DNA of 60,024 bases. It comes from Desulfotomaculum sp. (GTDB lineage Bacteria > Bacillota > Desulfotomaculia > Desulfotomaculales > Nap2-2B). The stretch covers positions 1 to 60,024 of the forward strand of contig DMZI01000070.1 of NCBI GenBank assembly GCA_003485325.1, written 5' to 3'. The position numbers and the translations under genes are program-made. Below are positions 53,030 to 60,024 of this stretch, piece after piece (position 1 is the stretch's first letter; every line of letters begins with the position of its first letter). The notes under the pieces were generated by a model. That model made no database searches. It worked only from the letters and a program-made list of their open reading frames with translations, and was not told where the DNA came from.

Positions 53030-54496
53030 TTACCTTTTCTTAAGCCAGCAGACTGCCTTTTCCAGTCTTTCAACGCATTTTTCTTTACCCAGGGTAACCA
53101 TTATATCAAACAGCCCCGGCCCCATCGTTTTGCCGGAAAGAGCGAGGCGCGTCGGATGAATCAGGGACCCGCCGGAGATGCCGAGGTTATCTATTAAATT
53201 ACGGTAAGCCAGTTCTACATTCGGCAAATCAAAATAAGGGATCATTTTAACTGCTTCCTTCCCTTGATCCAGTAGTTCGGCTACCCCTTCCCTGTTAAAA
53301 AACTTTTTAACTCCCTTTTCATCATAGTCAAAATCATCTATGTAAAAATAAGAGGAAGCGTCAGCCAGCTCAACCAGGGTGTGCACCCGGGAACGCACCA
53401 CTTCGGAAACTTTTTTAATGTAAGCAAAAGTTTTTTCGTCCGGATTACCTTTAACAAAACCCCTTGCCTGTAAAAACGGAACCACTTCCCAGGCTACCCT
53501 TTCCGGTTCAAAGGAGCATAAATACTGCGCATTTAACCAGGTCAGCTTTTTCGTGTCATATATGGCCGCCGATTTAGAGATTGCTTCGAGAGAAAACGAA
53601 CTGATGATTTCATTTATAGCCATCATTTCCCTGTCATCACCCGGCGACCACCCAAGCAATGCCAGGTAATTAACCAGAGCCTCAGGGAAATAACCGTCTA
53701 AGCGGAATTCATCAACACTTGTTGCGCCGTGCCGCTTGGAGAGCTTAGAGCGGTCAGGAGCAAGAATCATCGGCACATGCGCAAAAGCAGGTTCATTAAA
53801 CCCGAGTGCCCTGTAAAGCAGTATTTGCTTGGGGGTGTTGGAAAGATGCTCTTCGGCGCGGATAACATGAGTTATGCGCATAAGGCTGTCGTCTACAACA
53901 CAGGCAAAGTTATAGGTTGGAAGGCCGTTTGATTTGACAATGATAAAATCATCCATGGTCTTATTCTCAAATTCAACGGCGCCCCTGATTAAATCATGCA
54001 CCACTGTTGTACCTTCCTGGGACATTTTTATACGCAATACAGGGCTGATACCTCTGGCTTCCCGTTCTAGCTGCTCCTTAAGGCTCAGCCGGCGGCATCT
54101 TCCGTCGTAGCGCGGCGCAAATCCTTTTTTCTGCGCCTGTTCCCTCTGCTGAGCCAACTCTGACGGCGTGCAATAACATTTATAAACTGCGCCGCTTTCC
54201 AACAGGCGGTCTGCCTGTTCCCTATACAAACCAAACCTCTCCGACTGTCTGTACGGACCTGATAAACCTGTTGTACCCGGCCCTTCATCCCATTTAAGGC
54301 CAAGCCAGTCAAGGCAGCTGAAAATACCCGCTTCAGCTTCCTCAAGATTTCTTTCCAGGTCTGTATCCTCTAAGCGAAGGATAAAAACACCGCCGTTTTT
54401 TCTGGCAAAAAGCCAGTTGAACAGCGCTGTTCTCGCTCCTCCTATATGAAGGTTCCCTGTAGGGCTTGGCGCAAAGCGAACACGAATTTGTTCCAT
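53030..54496 (-). CDS. gltX: Glutamate-tRNA ligase
   Basis: RFAPSPTG, HIGG, KLSKR. Confidence 0.97.
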   Translation of the reverse strand: MEQIRVRFAPSPTGNLHIGGARTALFNWLFARKNGGVFILRLEDTDLERNLEEAEAGIFSCLDWLGLKWDEGPGTTGLSGPYRQSERFGLYREQADRLLESGAVYKCYCTPSELAQQREQAQKKGFAPRYDGRCRRLSLKEQLEREARGISPVLRIKMSQEGTTVVHDLIRGAVEFENKTMDDFIIVKSNGLPTYNFACVVDDSLMRITHVIRAEEHLSNTPKQILLYRALGFNEPAFAHVPMILAPDRSKLSKRHGATSVDEFRLDGYFPEALVNYLALLGWSPGDDREMMAINEIISSFSLEAISKSAAIYDTKKLTWLNAQYLCSFEPERVAWEVVPFLQARGFVKGNPDEKTFAYIKKVSEVVRSRVHTLVELADASSYFYIDDFDYDEKGVKKFFNREGVAELLDQGKEAVKMIPYFDLPNVELAYRNLIDNLGISGGSLIHPTRLALSGKTMGPGLFDIMVTLGKEKCVERLEKAVCWLKKR

Positions 54497-54745
54497 AATA
54501 CAGCTCCCTTAAACATATTTGCCAGGCACAATTATACTACCCTATAACTTTACCGTAAAGAAACTGCCACATATTTATTATTTCCGCAGTTATACATAAA
54601 TGGTCTTTCTTCAAATAAAAGGGGACGGCTTGACTGAATACTTACCTTCGTAAAATGCCGTCACGAACCATTTAATAAAATGTTATAAAGGTATCCTTAA
54701 GATCCAAAAGGCATGCCGGATATTTTTCCGGACCTGGTATATCTT

Positions 54746-57700
54746 TTATAACCTGTAAGATCCCGCGCCAAAAAAATATAAAAATCTTTCTTTGACGGGC
54801 AGCATGAAAATAGTTTGGGCAGCCCTGGCATACATTTCTATTTGAATGCGGTAGCAAGCCGCCAGCGCTTTCATCCTTTCCCAATCGCCGGGATTTATAT
54901 AATCCGTTTTAAAATCAATAACCACAAGAGCCCCCTCTTCCTCCAAAAGACAATCAATGATACCCTGAATTACAACTGTCTGTTCATTAAAGACCGGAGA
55001 TGCAGCCAGGCTTTTTCCGGATAGGGAATCACTTTCATCAGAGCAGGAATATATTTCATGGGCAGGCACAGCGATAAGAAAAGGGGTTTCCCGGTATATT
55101 TTATTTGCTGAAAGCACTCTTTCGCCAAGCGGTGATTCAAAGAAGGCCAGAATATGATCCGGATTTATAACATCAGCCTGGCCTTGTGTTAGGATTTCCC
55201 GTTTTTGCAGATCGGCAATTTGATCACAGATGCTTTCTTTTGTTAACTTCCCGTCCAGGTTTAAATGCCGCATAACCAGATGTACGGCGCTTCCCTTCTC
55301 CGCTCCGGTCAAGGCATTTGTCTTTTGCAAAAAAATCGGCCGCCTGGCGCCCTGACTGTAAGCTGTTTTCTCCTCAGGGGAAACAAGCTGCAAATTATCT
55401 TCATCATTGTGTAAGGAATGCTCCTTTAAGCCTGTTACGGTCATTTTTGCCGGTTTGACGGAGAAGCGGTTAAAAGGATAACTCCAGCCGAGCAGATGTT
55501 CAATCTTATCTTTGTTTCCGCTCTCCCCGTCCAGAGGTTCGAGTTTTTGTACCTTTTCAAGTATTAAGGCGGCCTGTGAAGGCAGTACCTCTTCTACTGC
55601 CGGTATTTTATAATCACCACTGCAGATTTTTACTTCCCAGCGGGAAAGATCAGTAAAGGTTTTCAAATCCAGGTTCAAACCGGCGGTTTGACGAAGGTTT
55701 TCCGCATCACTGCGCCTGATCAGGGCAGCGCCCAGCAAGTCAAGAAAAGACCCGGCGGAAATCAAATGCGGTTCAAAGGGCTGCTTTTCCCTGGAATTTC
55801 CGGCATTGAACCATTTTATAACTTCTTTTCGAAGATCGGCGACATGGCCGATTAAAATAAGCTTTTCACGGGCGCGTGTCATAGCAACATATAGAATGCG
55901 CAGTTCCTCCGCTATAGTTTCCATTTTGAGGGCAGCCTTCAAAGCCAGTTTCGGCAGCGTGGGATAACTGTACCTGCCGGTCACATTGACAAGCTGCGGG
56001 CCGATGCCAAGCTTTTTATGAAGGAGGATATTCCTGTTCAAATCCTGGAAATTAAAAGACCTGTTCAGACCTGCTATAAACACCACGGGAAACTCCAGAC
56101 CCTTGCTCTTATGGATGCTCATTATTCTGACCACATCTTCGTTTTCCCCAAGCGCTCTTGCGGAACCGAGGTCGCGGCTGTTCTGCTGAAGGCGCTCAAT
56201 ATATTTAAGAAAACGGTACAATCCGCGAAAAACAGTTCCTTCATACTGGCAGGCCCTGTCATAAAGCGCCCGCAGGTTAGCCTGACGCTGGTCTCCCCCA
56301 GGCAATCCGCCGGTATAATCGTAATACCCGGTTTTGCGGTATATATCGTGAATTAGGTCCGGCAAACGGCACTGGCGCGACATGGTACGCCAGTGTTCAA
56401 GCATGGACAAAAAAACAACCAGCCTGCCGGTCAATTCATCGGAAGGCATCCCGGCGGCAGTCAGCACGGCGTCGTAAAAATCGCCTTCTTTCCGGCAAAG
56501 GCGTATTTTAGCCATTCCTTCAACCCCGATTCCGACAAGGGGGGATCTTAAAACACCGGCTAAAGGTATATCCTGCCTTGGATTATCTATTACAGAAAGA
56601 AGGGAAATGATTGTCTTTACTTCGGATGCCTGGAAATAACCTGTGGCAGACTCAGCATAGGCCGGAATACCTGCAGCGCTGAATTCCTCAAGGAATATTC
56701 CTGCTGCCTGAATGGTACTCCGCATTAAAACAGCCATATCCATGTATGACAGACTTATACCTTCCCGCCTTGCCTCAGCAACCATTTCCTTGATCCTGCC
56801 GGCAACATACCTTGCTTCAACCCGCCTTTCTTCAATTACCTCAAAAGATTCCCAGCCGGTGTCTTCCTGTAATTCACCGCCTATGTTTTCCTCACTTGCC
56901 TCCAATACATCTTTGTCATCAGGTAATTCAACTGAGCCACGGGTGGAGTTAAGGAGATGGAACTCAATGGAGTCATTTGATAAAAACGGTTTCAGCTTTT
57001 CGGGCGGACGGGCTGCGCCAAATTTAAGCGGGTTTCTGCTATAATCAATTTCCCCGACGCCCGGCTTCATCATCAGTGTAAAGATAAAGTTTACACCGTC
57101 AATTATGTTCTTTGTGCTCCTCATGTTCTCCGTCAGGCAAAGGGTTACCCCGGGATCATAATTTTCCGTCCGACAAGTTTCGCTTTCCAAAAAAGTAAAC
57201 GAATTCTGCCTGGCCTGAAAAAGCCCGGGTTCAGCCAGCCTGAACCTGTAAACGCTCTGTTTTACATCGCCGACCATAAACAGATTTGACCCTTTGGCGC
57301 CCTGACGGGAGACCAGGTTTAAAATAGCATCCTGGACCTCATTTATATCCTGATACTCGTCTACCAGCACATGGTCAAAACGCTCCTGCAGTTTAAGGGC
57401 AACTTCCGAGGGAATCAGATCTCCGGGCTGGTCCCCACGGATGTTTAAAATTTGGAGCGCATACTGCTCCAAATCGCTGAAATCAACTACACCCTGAGCT
57501 TCTTTTACCTGCCGGTACATTTTATCGAAATCCAAAACCAGTTCAACCAACTCGTGAACCAAAGGAGCAACTGTTTCCAGTTCGGAAAGATATTCGTCAG
57601 GCTCCCGCGAAAAAAACTCCTCAGCCAGATTTCTCAGGTTTCTTTTAATCCTATCCCGCAAAACTTGGACCTGTTTCTTTATTTCCTCGCTGACATCCTT

Positions 57701-58573
57701 GCCGGCACGGCTGAAAGGTAAAAAACGAATCTCCTGAAAAGCTCTGTGCAATTCCCCCCAGGAAAGGCCGCAACAGCGGATAAGCTCATTAATATTAACT
57801 AAATCATCTTGCAGGGCGTCCAAATACCCGCGGGGACCGTCTTGTTTCATGCATAATTCAGCAGCATTTGCCGCAAGCTGGAGGATCGTTTTAAGCTGGC
57901 AGGACAGATATTTTTTTAAAACACTTACCCAGGGAAGGTCATCAAGAGCGGAATCCACAGAAGAATAAAAGCTTTTTGCGGCTGATTTAAGCCAGTGTTG
58001 AGGGTCGGGTGTGCTTCGGGCAAAATCATAGAGGCGTAAAACCAATTCCTGAAGTTCACTGTCATCACGTGAACCCCCGTAGCAGTCGACCAGGTCGGTA
58101 AAGGTCGAATTTTCCTGGCTGTCATAGCGCAATTCAAACAACTCTTCGCAGGTTGCCGCCCTGAGCAGGGCTGCTTCATCCTCCCCGAGCACGCGTATTG
58201 CAGGATCAAGCCCTATTTTAAAGAAGTTTTGCCTGATCAGGTCAAGACAAAAAGAATGAATTGTACCAATCGAAGACCTGTTAATCAGCTGCATCTGGAG
58301 CCGCAGCCGCCGGGAAAAAGGTTTTCTGTCAAGTTCGTCAACCAGCGCCTGGCTTATTCTGGAGCGCATCTCGGCAGCGGCGGCATTTGTAAATGTGACT
58401 ACAAGCAGGCGGTCCAGATCAACCGGATTCTCCTGATTGGCAATCAGGTTGATTATCCGTCCGACCAGAACTGAAGTTTTACCTGTCCCTGCCGAGGCGG
58501 AAACAAGTACATTGCAGCCGGTTGTATTTATGGCGAGTTTTTGTTCTTCGGTCCAGTTAATACCGGCAGACAA
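54746..58573 (-). CDS. addA: Helicase-nuclease subunit AddA
   Basis: ASAGTGKT, DEYQD, HKSKGLEF, YVAMTRA, nuclease GIID..IDFKTD. Confidence 0.95.
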   Translation of the reverse strand: MSAGINWTEEQKLAINTTGCNVLVSASAGTGKTSVLVGRIINLIANQENPVDLDRLLVVTFTNAAAAEMRSRISQALVDELDRKPFSRRLRLQMQLINRSSIGTIHSFCLDLIRQNFFKIGLDPAIRVLGEDEAALLRAATCEELFELRYDSQENSTFTDLVDCYGGSRDDSELQELVLRLYDFARSTPDPQHWLKSAAKSFYSSVDSALDDLPWVSVLKKYLSCQLKTILQLAANAAELCMKQDGPRGYLDALQDDLVNINELIRCCGLSWGELHRAFQEIRFLPFSRAGKDVSEEIKKQVQVLRDRIKRNLRNLAEEFFSREPDEYLSELETVAPLVHELVELVLDFDKMYRQVKEAQGVVDFSDLEQYALQILNIRGDQPGDLIPSEVALKLQERFDHVLVDEYQDINEVQDAILNLVSRQGAKGSNLFMVGDVKQSVYRFRLAEPGLFQARQNSFTFLESETCRTENYDPGVTLCLTENMRSTKNIIDGVNFIFTLMMKPGVGEIDYSRNPLKFGAARPPEKLKPFLSNDSIEFHLLNSTRGSVELPDDKDVLEASEENIGGELQEDTGWESFEVIEERRVEARYVAGRIKEMVAEARREGISLSYMDMAVLMRSTIQAAGIFLEEFSAAGIPAYAESATGYFQASEVKTIISLLSVIDNPRQDIPLAGVLRSPLVGIGVEGMAKIRLCRKEGDFYDAVLTAAGMPSDELTGRLVVFLSMLEHWRTMSRQCRLPDLIHDIYRKTGYYDYTGGLPGGDQRQANLRALYDRACQYEGTVFRGLYRFLKYIERLQQNSRDLGSARALGENEDVVRIMSIHKSKGLEFPVVFIAGLNRSFNFQDLNRNILLHKKLGIGPQLVNVTGRYSYPTLPKLALKAALKMETIAEELRILYVAMTRAREKLILIGHVADLRKEVIKWFNAGNSREKQPFEPHLISAGSFLDLLGAALIRRSDAENLRQTAGLNLDLKTFTDLSRWEVKICSGDYKIPAVEEVLPSQAALILEKVQKLEPLDGESGNKDKIEHLLGWSYPFNRFSVKPAKMTVTGLKEHSLHNDEDNLQLVSPEEKTAYSQGARRPIFLQKTNALTGAEKGSAVHLVMRHLNLDGKLTKESICDQIADLQKREILTQGQADVINPDHILAFFESPLGERVLSANKIYRETPFLIAVPAHEIYSCSDESDSLSGKSLAASPVFNEQTVVIQGIIDCLLEEEGALVVIDFKTDYINPGDWERMKALAACYRIQIEMYARAAQTIFMLPVKERFLYFFGAGSYRL

Positions 58574-58597
58574 ACGGCATATCCCCTTTTAAAGCGT

Positions 58598-58752
58598 AAA
58601 TCCTGAAAAATAACTTCATTAGGGAGGTCAACTGCTAAGCGTGCTCATGTTCGCCTCTTGCCTCTTATTAAATCACACTTAAGGCATTGCCCTCCCTTTA
58701 TTAATGATTTTCATCCTTTTAGCTGGCGCCGCTTCAGCGGCATGGACTTTTA
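58598..58752 (+). mobile_element. Structured repeat element copy E5 (155 bp, shortest)
   Basis: tcctgaaaaataac..agggaggtcaa...ttgccctccc..ttttcatcc..gccgcttcagcggcatgg. Confidence 0.85.
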
Positions 58753-58761
58753 CTTTAGCTA

Positions 58762-59736
58762 TTACAGCTCTGGCTGTTCAGACAGCAAAAACCAGAGCCC
58801 GGCGGCCAGCTCTTCAACATAGCCCCTGCCCTTTTGCCCTTCTTCAAGCTTTTCCAGCCACCGCTCCGGAATTCCCTGCCTCCCGTGGTAAGCCCCGCTG
58901 ATCGCGCCCGTCATGGACCCGATCGTATCTGTATCACCGCCAAGGCTGACTGCTTTGATAACTGCTTTTTCAAAGCTGCCGGGGTTAGCTAAAAAAGAAT
59001 ATATGGAAGTACAGACTGACTGAATAGCTTTTACGCCATTGCCCAGTTCCCGGATAATTTTCTCAACAGTAGGTTCGATTTCCAGCAATTTTTCCACACA
59101 ATCAAGTTTTTCCCTGTACTCCCCGGCTCCGGGTGAAAGCGAATTTTTCAGGCTGCGCAAAAAGCCTTTCTGATCCAGCGGATACTGGCTGTCGGCGGTC
59201 AAGGCAAGAGCGACAGCGGATGCCTGAAGCACCGCCCCTTCCACAGCCTGAGGGTGGGCATGAGTCAGACGGGCTGATCCGGCAGCGCACTTCCTTAATT
59301 CATCCGGGCGGCCGACATAAAGACAGGCCACCGGGGCAATCCGCATTGCAGCGCCGTTGCCGTAAGATCCGTCCGGGAATACCTTTTTTACGGCCTGTTC
59401 CCAGGGTGTTCCGCTCTCGATCAAATGCAGGACCCGTGCTGTCCCGGGGCCATATCCGCGGCCTGGATTATAGTTCCTGCAGAATGTAAGAGCCATATGC
59501 CGATCGTTAAATGTTCCACATTCTAATAAAGATTCGGCAATCCCGATCATCATTTCCGTATCGTCCGTATAGCTGCCGGCTTTGAGGCGTCCGGGTAAAA
59601 CTTCCGTTATTTCTCCGTACCTTTCCGAGATTTCCTGGAAAGACCAGCCTTCAACCGGCATACCAAGAGCGTCGCCCGTAAAGGCGCCCAAAATAGCGCC
59701 TGAAATTTTATCAAGTGTTAAAACACCGGGAAGCAT
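58762..59736 (-). CDS. ADP-ribosylglycohydrolase (DraG/ARH family)
   Basis: GDALG, YTDDTEM, GNGAAMR, THAHP, GGDTDT. Confidence 0.93.
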   Translation of the reverse strand: MLPGVLTLDKISGAILGAFTGDALGMPVEGWSFQEISERYGEITEVLPGRLKAGSYTDDTEMMIGIAESLLECGTFNDRHMALTFCRNYNPGRGYGPGTARVLHLIESGTPWEQAVKKVFPDGSYGNGAAMRIAPVACLYVGRPDELRKCAAGSARLTHAHPQAVEGAVLQASAVALALTADSQYPLDQKGFLRSLKNSLSPGAGEYREKLDCVEKLLEIEPTVEKIIRELGNGVKAIQSVCTSIYSFLANPGSFEKAVIKAVSLGGDTDTIGSMTGAISGAYHGRQGIPERWLEKLEEGQKGRGYVEELAAGLWFLLSEQPEL

Positions 59737-59762
59737 CCTGTAAGCCTCCTTTACTTAACAAG

Positions 59763-60017
59763 CTACCCTGAAAATTAACTTGCATTAGGGAGGTCAACTG
59801 CCTACGTGCTCATGTTCGCCTCTTATACTTGTACGAACTCGTTCACCCTCGGGCTCGGTAAAACTCGGCGCCATGCGCCTCAAACAGTTACCTCGCTTTA
59901 CCTCGGGTTCACTCGTTCTTCGAATGAAGGCTCAAAATCGCACTTAAGGCATTGCCCTCCCTTTGCTGATGAATTTTCATCCTCCTGCTGGTGTCACTTT
60001 AGCGGCATGGATGTCTA
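59763..60017 (+). mobile_element. Structured repeat element copy E6 (255 bp, full length)
   Basis: cta-ccctgaaaattaac...ttttcatcc...catggatgt-cta; about 33-bp imperfect subterminal inverted repeat. Confidence 0.92.
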
Positions 60018-60024
60018 TCCTGAA
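60015..60024 (+). mobile_element. Probable start of a tandem element E7
   Basis: ctatcctgaa is identical to the first 10 bases of E2; cut by the window end. Confidence 0.5.

Noticed and set aside
59763-60017. Element as CRISPR repeat, attC site, tRNA-Sec or IscB omegaRNA
   Set aside because: No repeat-spacer periodicity, no RYYYAAC/GTTRRRY boxes, no cloverleaf, no adjacent cas, iscB, tnpB or integrase gene

Overview
Chromosomal segment of a sporulating anaerobic Firmicute (Desulfotomaculum/Peptococcaceae-like, inferred from gene content and order). Most genes are on the minus strand. It holds the conserved mfd-spoVT-mazG-hup-yabO-yabPQ-divIC-spoIIE-tilS-ftsH block, purC and an uninterrupted sigK, an ABC-transporter (wzm/wzt) surface-glycan locus, guaB, htrA, selAB, menG, speD, gltX and addA. 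No tRNA, rRNA, CRISPR array or transposase gene was seen. The most unusual signal is a family of non-coding, highly structured dispersed elements: six copies plus the start of a seventh at the last bases, all in the same orientation. They share a left end (core-YCCTGAAAA) and a right end (TTTTCAT-hairpin-ATGG-core) bounded by a degenerate YTAYCY core. They show nested size variants, one unrelated interior between the same ends, one insertion into a gene, and an apparent head-to-tail junction. This suggests a non-autonomous mobile/cassette system whose enzyme is not in this window. All family assignments are from motif recognition only; no searches were run.
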